Assembly: GCA_008369845.1 (NCBI GenBank)
Contig: MRSU01004418.1
Coordinates: 1-34,908 of the forward strand
Direction: 5' to 3'
DNA from: Trichomonas gallinae
Lineage: Eukaryota
DNA: 34,908 bases
Of this stretch, positions 18,038 through 29,300 are shown one piece after another. A program made the position numbers and the translations under genes. A model generated the notes under the pieces. The model did not search any database. It was given only the letters and a program-made list of their open reading frames with translations, and was not told where the DNA came from. Numbering within the stretch: the stretch's first letter is position 1; every line of letters starts with the position of its first letter.

Positions 18038-18113
18038 TCACTTTTACTGTAGATTCTTGTCTGTCACTTTTCCAGGTTCTTTACATAAGGTTATTCTGTT
18101 ACCTCGTCACTTT
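18037..18113 (-). promoter_or_regulatory. Three AAAGTGAC motifs upstream of the 17057-18037 frame
   Basis: GTCACTTT on plus at 18037, 18063 and 18106; matches, from recall, the over-represented T. vaginalis upstream motif M2. Confidence 0.5.
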
Positions 18114-18211
18114 TTGATGATTTCCGAACAATCAAAATTAGCCCAAAAGGAATCAGTGAGTATATACCAATGCTATAATCCAATATTTTTCATTAGTCAA
18201 AATAAACTTTT

Positions 18212-20006
18212 ATGGTTATTTCAACGGTATTGCAAAATAATCAAAATAAACTTCCAGCTTGGTTTGCTACTTTGTGCGATACGATAATTGCGTTCCAGAT
18301 ACTGACTACATGCTTCTGGGTTTACTCAAACATGTTTTTAAAGACATCAGGAACTTACAAATCCATTTATTACTGGATTTTCATTCTTGTTTCGTTCCAA
18401 GACCCATTGGAAATATCAAGACTACATTTAGACATGGCATACATATGTTTTGGTGTTGGAATTGCTTCAATTTTATGGTTATTGATAATAATCTACCATA
18501 ATAACAAATATTTCAAAATTCCATCAATCATTTTGCATGGAATTTCTGCACTTACAATGATACGCGCGCTTACATTGCGTATATTATTGCTTTGTCGAAG
18601 ATAAGGAAAGCTTGCATGGAACATTGAAGTCTGAATGAGCTGCAAACATGTTGCATATTCTCGAATATTGATGCCACATCAGATAGAATACAAGATTTAA
18701 TCTTAGAACAATTCCAAATTGCTAAAATCAGTTCACTATCGAATTTAGTCGAAGGTGTAATATTCGCATGCATCTTCCTCTTCTTGCCATTGGCTTACAG
18801 ACACTTGATGATCACAAACTAAAAGTCCTCTTTGTTTTGATTCATCATCTCCATACTCAAGCTTTCATTGATTCACAAGAATTGATGTGTTTCTTGAAGG
18901 ATAATTCAAAAGGTTCATCAACAGAATCAATGACATTATCTAAGTCAATATTGTACGGTGGAAGAGAAGCAATTGATATAACAAACCAGGCAGGCATTGT
19001 TGAAATCATCAACCCAAGTTTCACGGAAAATCTTGGATTCAAGCCAGATCAAATTCTAGGCAGAAACATTGCCTACATTTTTGCACAAGACTTCCAGTAA
19101 AAAGTCAAAGCACAGATAGATTTGATGCAGGAAGGACAAGTTTGTCCATTCTGGGAAGTGCATGTTAAGCTTATCAATGATGTTATTCCATTCCATTCAA
19201 CATTGATTGCCATGAAATCATCAGAAACATATAACAATATTGATTCATTTGTACTAATTTTTTTTAAATGAATTAGAAGAAGAAAAGAAGAGAGAAGAAG
19301 TAGAAATTGCCAAAGCCAAGTCAGAGAAGTTGTTGTTTCAGATCCTTCCTAAAGTTATCGTATGCAGATTGAACAGAGAAGAAAAAGGTATCTCATTCAC
19401 AATTCCTCAAGCAACAATTTTCTTCATCGACATTGTCAAGTTCTCCAACTATGCTGCTTCTCTTTTTCCAAGCGATATCATGACAAATCTCTCTTTGGTT
19501 TTCGCAATATTTGATAAGAATGTTTCTAAAACGAAACAATCACAAAGATCAAATTACTCGGTGATGTTTACATGGCAGCAGCTGGTTTATTCTTGACAAC
19601 TGAAGAAGAATCTTCTAAGCACGCAGAAGAATCATTTCTCTACTGTGTTGACTGTTTGAAATCGATGGAAGAAATCAACGCAGCTTTGGAGTCATCTCCT
19701 GAGGTAAGAATTGGAAAAAACACAGAAGGACCATTAATTGGGGGTGTTTTAGGTACTGATAAGCCAACATTCGATATATTTGGCGATCCAATTAACATTG
19801 CTGCTCGTTTGCAAAGCACAGATATTCCAGGAAATATTCAGGTTTATGAAGAAACGAAGAAACTCGTCGATCACTTGGATTTGGTCATTGAAGAACCCGG
19901 ACAAGTATATCATAAAGGAAAAGGAAACAGAGTTACATATCTAGTTAAACCTATCAACAAGAACATTCAAAGCTCATTTGTTATGTTATCTAGTCAGTTA
20001 CAGTAA
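18212..20006 (+). pseudogene. Transmembrane adenylyl cyclase pseudogene with large internal deletion, stops and frameshifts
   Basis: Fragments colinear with the 26341-31041 protein: FQDPL N-terminal block, AANMLHIL, PAS (NQAGIVEIINPS...LGFKPDQILG), ATIFFIDIVKFS, GGVLGTDKPTFDIFGDPINIAARLQSTD. Stop at 19098-19100; frameshifts near 18820, 19260 and 19530. Confidence 0.92.
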
Positions 20007-20229
20007 TTTGTTTATTTTTGTTATTATTAATATATTTTGTTTGATATTGAAAATTGAGGAATTAATTATTCGTTATCAATTTTCAAATAAATCTTTGCAT
20101 GATTTTAAAAATATTTATAATCTTTGCATTGTAGGTAATTAATTCATATAAGTTTCAGGCAAAAATATAAAATCGCCATAAAAAGTGATAGCTTAGTTAG
20201 GGGATAAAAAATGATTAACCCTGCAATAA

Positions 20230-20302
20230 GGGTAAAAAGGGGTAAATAAAGGGGTAAAAAGGGTAAAAAACCACTTTTGCAGTCGGCAAAAAGGGTAAAA
20301 AA
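20230..20302 (+). repeat. Short array of GGG(G)TAAA units, about 10-bp period
   Basis: G-runs at 20230, 20239, 20251, 20261 and 20293. Confidence 0.75.
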
Positions 20303-20484
20303 AGTCATGATGTAATTTAAATTTTATTTTGCAGATCGATTCTTTAGAATGAATAGATAAAGGTTTATCATCAATTTTCAATTTTTCATAGTTTTCATCG
20401 TTCTGTATTGAGAGCAATGGCATTTTTTTGATAAAACAAGTAGAATGACATAATATATCTTTATTTATCCCGTAAACAACACAG

Positions 20485-21003
20485 TTATGAGTCGAGTTCC
20501 TCAAAATTCTGGACTAACATGAATTCATTATCATCAAAACTAATCATCTCAAATAATTCATCCAGAGCTTCTTGATTTTGCAATGAAGTAGTTCTTCGAA
20601 TGATTGGTTGTGTTTTTCTTGGCTTATTCCTTCTTTGCATGTTTGGGTATTTTTTCAATAAGTCAAGTGTAATTCTGCGTCTTCTCAGCACTCTGAACCT
20701 TGATTTAACACATACATCACTTCTATTTTTAAAATATTTCGAGATTGCAACCCATTTTGGACCAAGATTTTTGTAACATGTTAACAAAAGAATATCTTCT
20801 TCCAAGCTGAATGGACTCAAGTCTATGCTCGGATTTAGGTACTTTGTCCATCTATCGTGACATTGCCTTGAGTTTTTATTGCCCATCAATTCTGCAACTT
20901 TCATCCAATTGTTTGCTCCCACTTCTTCCACAATATCCTGCAATCTCTCATCATCTTCTTGTGTAAACTTTTCTTTAATACGAGTGACCTCTACATCCCT
21001 CAT
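20485..21003 (-). CDS. R2R3 Myb DNA-binding protein
   Basis: KFTQEDDERL...NWMKVAELM...RQCHDRWTKYLNP; FSLEEDILL...GPKWVAISKYFKNRSDVCVKSRF. Confidence 0.93.
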   Translation of the reverse strand: MRDVEVTRIKEKFTQEDDERLQDIVEEVGANNWMKVAELMGNKNSRQCHDRWTKYLNPSIDLSPFSLEEDILLLTCYKNLGPKWVAISKYFKNRSDVCVKSRFRVLRRRRITLDLLKKYPNMQRRNKPRKTQPIIRRTTSLQNQEALDELFEMISFDDNEFMLVQNFEELDS

Positions 21004-22578
21004 TTTTTTTTATATATACTGACTCGTTTCAATTTTTGTTAAATGTCATTTTCTATAAAAAATAAAATCTAAAAAATAGCAGCATACATCTTCTAGGAAA
21101 ACATATTTACTGAAATGTTGCCAAACTTTTGAGGGAGTTCATCGTTTTCATGGACTTTGAATCGACAACAAATAGCCTTAAAATAGTAAAAATAAGCAAA
21201 ATATCAAAAATATGAAGAAAAGATTGTGAATCTGTTTGTTAATGCTCATTGAATATCATTATCCTAAAAATAATTTAAGTTATTTTCGCGAACAAGAAGA
21301 TCATGTCCTTGAATAAATATTGCAAAAACGTCAAAACCGATAGATAATTTTTGAATTTAAATATTTGAACGATTAGTATACAAAAAATAATCTCATAAGA
21401 ATTCTAAAGAGGAATTCCCTTTGCTGCTATAGATGACAAACACATTCAACTACACTCAAGATAGGTTAAACTACCTGTTTTATTATTCATATGGCATTAT
21501 TTACGAAAAATTAAATATTAACAAAATTGCTATCATTAGAATTACGGCATTTGAATACTGCATATTTTCAATATATGGAATTATAATCTCATATATGACA
21601 CCTAAATCAATAATATGAAATATTAATTATAATTTTAAATTTCTCTATTTTAGCACATTGATAAATGAAAACTTAAGTTATGGATTTCATCATATCATAT
21701 ACATGCTATTTTTGATGATCGGAACTAAATTTGATGATTTCTTATTAATCTCGTTCAAATTTACTGATTTAATTCACTAAACCAGCCAATTTAGATGGAA
21801 TATTTGAACATTTGGCATAAACAACAGTTAAATTATAAATAAACCTATTATTATCATTAAAATTGGATGATTAATCAAAATGTTTTAAAAAACATGATAA
21901 AAAACTATCATATCACAATTAAATCATTATATTCTTTTTATATGATTGAATCCGCATTTCTTATCCTCTAACAGTCGTCACACAGATTTGATTGAGATGT
22001 TTTTTACATGATCATGCAATCAAACTGGTTGATGACTTAATAATTAATGTATACAGTCAATAGATTACGAATACATAAGAAAACATGCTATTTACGAAGA
22101 CAACAAAATTGATTAATTTCATCAAACGTAAAGATTTTACTTATTGTAATTATATAACTAATAGACTCGCTATAAGACCCCAGTATATATCTTTTTAATC
22201 AACTGCAAATTAAAAAAAAATTACACCCGCTAATTGAGAGTTTTTTTTTCAAATTTGAGAAAGATTTTTTGTTTCAATTTTTGGTCAATATTAATCGATC
22301 ATTGCTCTATATAGTATCACGGTCATTATTATCAAGGTTTCGAAGAGATTTAAATGATCGTTATTTTTCGCTTAAAAACTTCCAAATTTAGCTAGAAAAG
22401 TCGTGATTCTTCATTGCACACAGGTAGTTAAGGAGTCATAGGACATATTAATTTTTCAATTTTTGAAAAGCTGTATAGTTTTCATCGTTAAACTTTGAGG
22501 CCAATTATTGCTTGAAAATTGTGTTGAGAAAAAATATTTAAATAAGTATTGAAAGATTTTAAGCCTGAAACAATAATA

Positions 22579-23085
22579 TTAGAAACCCAAATTATCAACA
22601 AACATGAATTGTTTTTCATTGAAATTTAGAAAATTAAATAATTCGCCGATAAGATCTTCATCTTTTGGTTCTGGAGTCTTTCTCCTGATGATATGGTCGC
22701 GTTGTCTTTGTTTTTTACGTCTTTGCATATTTGGATATTTCTTTAATAAATCAAGTGTAATTCTGCGTCTTTTAAGAACTCTGTATCTGGATTTGACGCA
22801 GACATCACTCCTATTTTTGAAATACTTCGATATAGCAACCCATTTTGGTCCGATATTTTTATACACCGTCAAAAGCAGAATGTCTTCCTCCAGTGTGAAT
22901 GGGCTGAGATTAACTTCTGGATTTAAGTACTTAGACCACCTATCATGGCATTGTCGCGCATTTTTATTTCCCATTAATTGAGCAACTTTCACCCAGTCGT
23001 CTTCACCGACTTCCTCAACAATGTCCATCAACTTCTCGTCTTCTTCGTGTGTGAACTTTCCCTTAGTGCGAGATACCTCGGTCAT
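22579..23085 (-). CDS. R2R3 Myb DNA-binding protein, tandem paralog of 20485-21003
   Basis: Same two repeats, with long identical stretches (GPKWVAISKYFKNRSDVCVKSR, RRRITLDLLKKYPNMQRR). Start at 23085 follows Inr TCATT (23110-23106); upstream ATG 23121 is possible. Confidence 0.93.
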   Translation of the reverse strand: MTEVSRTKGKFTHEEDEKLMDIVEEVGEDDWVKVAQLMGNKNARQCHDRWSKYLNPEVNLSPFTLEEDILLLTVYKNIGPKWVAISKYFKNRSDVCVKSRYRVLKRRRITLDLLKKYPNMQRRKKQRQRDHIIRRKTPEPKDEDLIGELFNFLNFNEKQFMFVDNLGF

Positions 23086-25252
23086 GAGACCCTCCCTTAA
23101 AAACAAATGATTTAAATGCATATTGAAACGTTGTCAATTTCTAATAAGAAGAACTGAAAATTGAGTAAAACAGAAATACTTAAAACACTCACAGGACATG
23201 TATTTCATGAGAGATCACAAATTAAATTGAATATTGAAGTGATTTTTCTGATATTATCGTTAGAAAGACCTTATTCTATATATAAAATAATGAATACGAT
23301 GGATACAAATAAAGAATGGATAACAAAGAATTCATTATTTGACAGAACTCATTGAAAAAACTCATCGGAGATAGTACACAATTTTTATTGCTTATATCTG
23401 CATCAATACAGTATAACGTGCAGAAAATATTCATAAACAAATGAAAATATTTGAAATGCTATTGGACTTTATCGTTATTATTTCATGTATATGACAGTAT
23501 TAGAATAATTTCGACAATCAAACGAAAGAATAACCGTCAAGAGAGTTCAATATTATAATTGCTACTATCAGATTCATTTTCATGATATATATGAATTTGT
23601 CATTTGAAGGTTTTTTTTATAAAAAATTTGTAAATGAATATTGCGTGTCACTAGGTTAAAAATGACAAAATTAGTTAAACCTGTTTAATAGTACTACCAT
23701 TAGGTTAATCTATCATGATGGAATAATCCGATTTTTAAAGAAACTCTCACAAAAATTTGTAAAGTTCATTTATTATTTGAGGCACATAAAATATTTTTGT
23801 GATATAGCACGTTATTCTCTCAATATTGAGGGAAACACGTTAATGTTAACAAATGTGTAGCACGTTAGAACTTTTACTCCCCAACATATTTAATGACTAT
23901 ACGATAGAATTTCAATGAGTTTTTTTTGGCTTTGATAATGATTGGCTTCTCTTTGAAAACATATACACAAAATTTTGAATTCCCTTCAAACATTTATATC
24001 GCAATAACATACAGATAATACAATATCATACGAATATAACACATTCTCATTTTTGTAAAATTTTATTATAGTTTCATTGTTTTAAAGCATAGGATGAATA
24101 AATATTTGTACCGATAATTGAATGTTGGCCATTTTGTGAAGTCTTTTTTCAAAAAGTCATTTTTTCGATGAAAATGAGATAAAATAAGCTTTATTATTGA
24201 TATACAGCAAATATAAGAACTTTTAAAGATAATTTATTTTTTTATATTAACAAATCTAATGAATGTCAATGACAGTCGCATGGATTGAGACATTAAATTT
24301 CCTAGATAAATTATCCTTCTCGTAATAGATGGTTACATACACACGAAATTCTAAAAACTTTAAATTCAATAATAACACATTATAATCTATTTGGATGGAC
24401 ATGACACTCAGTCGTCAAACATCCGACATAGACTACGTAGACATCATTAAACCTGATCAAATACATGCATTGAGTTTAAATTTCAAAATATTACTGTTAT
24501 TTTTCCTTATTTTCAACCCAACTTTATTCAGCATCCAATACCACTGAAAAATAAATTCAAATTTGATGCTAAAAATTCATTTGCTACTATATTCATTGTT
24601 TCTCTAAAATCTTCCTTGAAACACATAATATTTCAATTTTAATCTAATTAATGGTATTATATTGACGAATAAACAACTATTTTATTTAATTTTAATGCAT
24701 ACCTCGCTCAAAATTAATTCACGATTATAACATTTTCGATTAATCGCTTATTAAACAAATGATATAACAATAATACGATAATTTTAAGAATATAATCTGA
24801 TTATATCCAAAAATGTCATGTTATTTCATTGAGAAACGAATGATTTTTGTTGTCTAATAACCTCAAAAAATTGACATCTTCCTGAAAAAAATTGACAATA
24901 TATTGAAAAAAATATTTGTGAGAAAAATGATTCGTTTTAAAATACTTGAGCTTCCTTTTATACTATAAGATGCTGTTGTATAAACAATCCTTATTTTCAC
25001 ATTCGAAATATATGCAAATTTGTCATTGATCGAGTATTATTGTCATTACAGAATCATCCATTTCTTGAAAATGATCATCGTTCTTCGACTTTTTGATAAA
25101 TCTAATCCTCAAAGATATAGGATGATCACGATCTGATTCTGCGTGTTCTTATATATTCTGAAAAATTTCAATTTATTAACAAAATGAATTCATTACAATA
25201 CAAATCTCAAATCTTTATTTATTCACATATTTGTATCAATCAATGTTTGGTT

Positions 25253-26215
25253 TTACAACAAAATGAAAACTAAGTACAAAACATATTGAGAGAATCCTTT
25301 GATGCAGTTGTTGTTGCAGACACTGCAGATATTCAAATTAACATAATAGTTCGGAAGAGATTCACAAACAAGATGCAAAACATTGAAATCAAAATCATAT
25401 TTTAGTTCAACTGTTTCAAATAGTTGAGCATTAACACAAGTAGTACTTGTGTTTTGAATGAAAAGACGATATGCGGATAAAGTATTTGCTATAGGCTGTG
25501 AATTAAACAATAAATAAAATGCTTTATTATCGATAATGTTGCAATCAGTTACAGTAAATATTGAATTGTCATATTGAGTTGATATGACATGGAGTCCTAT
25601 TGTATTATTGATGATGGTTGAAAAGTTCATTACATTTTGTGTGTATCTTGCATCAATTAGTGTTCCTTGAGTGGTTGAACAATCGATTACACAAAATGAA
25701 ACCTTTCCAATATTTGTAGGGGACATTATAGCAAATGAACCTTCTTGTATACAAGTAGACTTCGTAAAGTTATTATATTCCATTATTTGATTTCCACGAA
25801 GAAGCAAGACAACTCCATATTTATTTGTCTGATCACCTGACGATAAAAAGGTTGACTGCTTAACGAAGTTGTCATAGTTTTGATTTGAATTACTGTATGT
25901 ATAATGGCCAGTATCTCGTGTGTTGCAACTTATTGCGCATATTTTTTCATGATAGATAGAACTTTGTTTGCAATTAAAATGTACTGTTCCTGATGATTCA
26001 TTACATGAAATGTTGAAGAAGTAATAGCTATGGATTTTGACAACAATGTTTGATGACGAAAAATAAAGCGATCTTTGGCTAAGATCTTCAAATATTGATA
26101 GATATATGTCATAGTTCGAATTTGAAGGAAAATTCTGCTGTGATCGAAGAACTTTCTTAAAATATTGTATGATGCTGTCATAAAGCTCTAGATTTGCTTT
26201 GTAAACATTTACATT
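25253..26215 (-). CDS. Hypothetical beta-helix-like protein related to 17057-18037; open frame lacks a 5' AUG, possible pseudogene
   Basis: The frame of the 25253-25807 ORF stays open to 26215 by manual translation (321 codons): ...NYDIYLSIFEDLSQRSLYFSSSNIVVKIHSYYFFNISCNESSGTVHF...KICAISC...; hydrophobic C-terminus. Confidence 0.6.
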   Translation of the reverse strand, partial: NVNVYKANLELYDSIIQYFKKVLRSQQNFPSNSNYDIYLSIFEDLSQRSLYFSSSNIVVKIHSYYFFNISCNESSGTVHFNCKQSSIYHEKICAISCNTRDTGHYTYSNSNQNYDNFVKQSTFLSSGDQTNKYGVVLLLRGNQIMEYNNFTKSTCIQEGSFAIMSPTNIGKVSFCVIDCSTTQGTLIDARYTQNVMNFSTIINNTIGLHVISTQYDNSIFTVTDCNIIDNKAFYLLFNSQPIANTLSAYRLFIQNTSTTCVNAQLFETVELKYDFDFNVLHLVCESLPNYYVNLNICSVCNNNCIKGFSQYVLYLVFILL

Positions 26216-26340
26216 TTACATTTTACAATTTACAATAATAAGGTTAATATTTTAACTTTTGACACGCGTCAAATTATTTCAACTCATCTTTTTCCAAAGC
26301 TTAAAATAATCAATATTCAATTAATAAAATAACAAAACAT

Positions 26341-29300
26341 TTATTTTCCTTCAAGATTAAGAATGAAAGAACCTTCAGGTTCATTTTTCTGGGCAAGTGA
26401 AACAAAATAAGTCATTCTGTTTCCTTTACCTTTAAGGAATACTTCGCCTCTTTGCTCGATATTGTAATCGAGATTTTCAATTAAATTCTTTGTATCTTCC
26501 GAGATTTGCACATTGCCTGGAACATCTGTTGACTGCAATCTTGCAGCAACGTTGATTGGATCACCAATGATATCAAATGTTGGCTTATCTGTACCTAAAA
26601 CACCACCAATTAGTGGTCCACCTGAATTGCAGCCGATTCTTACTTCAAGGGATGCATTCAGCTTTGCGTTGATTTCATCGAGAGACTTGCTGCACTCGAT
26701 ACAGCATCTTACAGCTTGGTCTGCGTGTTTCTGTGGATCAGAGCCATCTTCCATGAACAAACCAGCAGCTGCCATGTAAACATCACCAATGAGTTTGATT
26801 TTTGTAATCAAATCATACTTAGCAACAATTTTGTCAAATGTTGCGAAAACAAGGCTGAGGTTTGACATGATTTCTGTTGGTGTTAATAAAGAAGCGTAAG
26901 CAGAGAATTTGACAATATCGATGAAGAAGATTGTAGCTGATGGAATTGTGAAAGAAATATCTGTTTCACCACCGTTCAATCTGACAACAATATTCTTAGG
27001 AAGGATCTGATACAATAACTTTTCTGACTTTGCTTTAGCTTCTTCTGCTTCTTTTCTCTTCTGGATTTCTTCTTGCTCGTTGATCATGATGAAAACAATT
27101 GATGAGACTTGGTCATTGTTATCTTTCATACCAATCATTGTCATAGCGAAAGGAATTGGGAGAGCATCTTCATCGAGAAGAGAAATATGATCCTGGCAAA
27201 TTAGTGGACCTTGTCCATTTACCATTGAATCAATTTGTTGATTGATTTTCTGCTGGTCAGCATCGAGAACGAAGTTTGCAATTTGCTGGCCGAGCATCTG
27301 ATCAGGAGATAAACCAAGATTCTCTGAAACACTCTTGTTGACAATTTCGATAACAGATGATGAGTTTGTAATGAAAATGCACTCGTTAGCATCATAAACA
27401 ATTAACTTTGCTGTTGACATCTTCTCTTCAGCAGAACGCTTCCTGCCTGTGAAGAATTCGAGGATTTCTTTTGAGTTCAAAATTGTCTGCGGTGGCAGTC
27501 TTTGGAAAAGCATCATTAAAACTCTGTAGTTGTCGTTGACAAACTTTCTGAAGAAAACAGGTAAAACTAATTCGAAAATCAGGAAAACGAAACCTAATCC
27601 AACATAGATTGATGCCATTTGCATTCCACTATCATATCTTTCTTCCATCAATTTAGCGAGTCGAACTGTTGCCTTCATTACATCAGGATAGAAATGATAT
27701 CTTAACAAATGGATTAAATTTGCTGCAACAAGAGAATTCAAGTTTCCTTCATACTTGTCAGCATTGTTGAGGACATCGACAACCATGTTCTTGAAGATCT
27801 GTATCTGTGCATCAATGCCCGAGCAAGCATACATGTCGTGAATTGTATATGGATCTCTGCCTAAATCGCAAATCGGCTTCAATTGAATGTTATCAAATTC
27901 TTCATCATAACCAACTGTTCTCTTGACCTGACTGTTACCGTAAATTAAAATGTTGTTTGCATTTAATAATGAGTCCAAGTCTTCTCTTACTGATTTGTAT
28001 AGTTGGCTTATGTTAAGAATTTCTTGTGGAAGAGAATCGTTGAGTAAAATGATCTGAACAATGTTGTTGCCAATCTGACTTGCGTAGATGATTCTCTGGC
28101 AAGAATAATGGAACCATGTTAACAATTGTGTGACTTCATTGTTGAGATCAATTGAGTGCTTGCAGAGTAATATGAAAACAACAATAATTGCAGCGAGGAA
28201 GATGAAGTAGAAAATTGGTAGAATCGTCATAATATATGATTTCGAGATTGTTGTGCTTGTTGTTAAGTTTGATGAATCTTCGTATTCAAGCATCAATTGT
28301 TTCTTTGCATCTTCTTTGTCAGCATTTGGAAGAGACAATAAAACCTTTAACATCTTCTTAACCATTCTGTTATATGAAGCTATAATCAGCATCGAAGACA
28401 CTGAAATTGCTAAAACGATAACAACAGAGCCAATGACCATCCAACTATAGAACTCCTTATGATAGTCTTTGGACTTATTGATATTGAAGTTGAGAATAGT
28501 TTGGAATGTTTCATCTGAGTTCTCAACTAATGTATGTAGGTTTGAAGCAATCTGACAATAATCATTGTTTTGGTAAATATTGTCAATTTTAACTCCGTCA
28601 CTGAATTGGCCTGCAAGTGAATTTTCAAGGTAATCGATTGTAACAAGCTGGCCTTTGAGAGATGATTTAACTGTTGCAGCTGGTGTAGCATTGCTGCAAA
28701 CAACAAAATCTGTTAAAGAATCCAAGAAAATTGGAGCGATTTCGTATGGATTTGCTTCTTTGGCCAATTCAACAATGTTTTCAATGAAGAGTTCCATGTA
28801 GTTCCTTGACAAATTCATAGTGTAATAGATTCTCTGTACATCATTTAGATTATCAGGAATCAATGGAGTAACAATTGTTTTATCAATTGAAATGTCTCCT
28901 AAAATCGATTCATTATCTGATGCTCTGTGTGTTTGAACAGCGAAACTTGTCAAAGTGTAGATATTTGAAACAATGTTGTAGAAGATTGAGTAGCTAGATG
29001 TCATTAGATCTTGATAACTCTGTCTTCTCCATGATAATCTTGATCTTAAATATGCAGTGAAAGCAACAAAGAAAACTGTCACAGCAACAAAGTTAACAAA
29101 AATCTGAAACAAAATCAATTTCGATTGCTTTGGACTTGTTTCGCCTACAGCACTGTGGAAGGCTAATCTAACTTTGCTATCTCTTAAGATCTTCTTGCAA
29201 ACAACTTCTTGTCTCTCGAAATCAACAGAAAGTGATGATGATATTGATGTGCTTTTCATTGAAGATTGATCATTAGACATCTGCGAGCCTCCGCTTGATT

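Noticed and set aside
20193..20504. 103-aa ORF
   Set aside because: Runs through the Myb 3' flank and the G-run repeat; no protein features.
22206..22257. Inverted A-run/T-run resembling a tiny MITE
   Set aside because: Complementarity is mostly homopolymer and expected in AT-rich DNA; no TSD.
21004..25252. Long AT-rich spacers with small ORFs (21433-21618, 23161-23355)
   Set aside because: No recognisable domains, introns or RNA structures; treated as intergenic apart from the Myb gene.
25930..26181. 83-aa ORF
   Set aside because: Alternate frame over the longer family-like frame 25253-26215.
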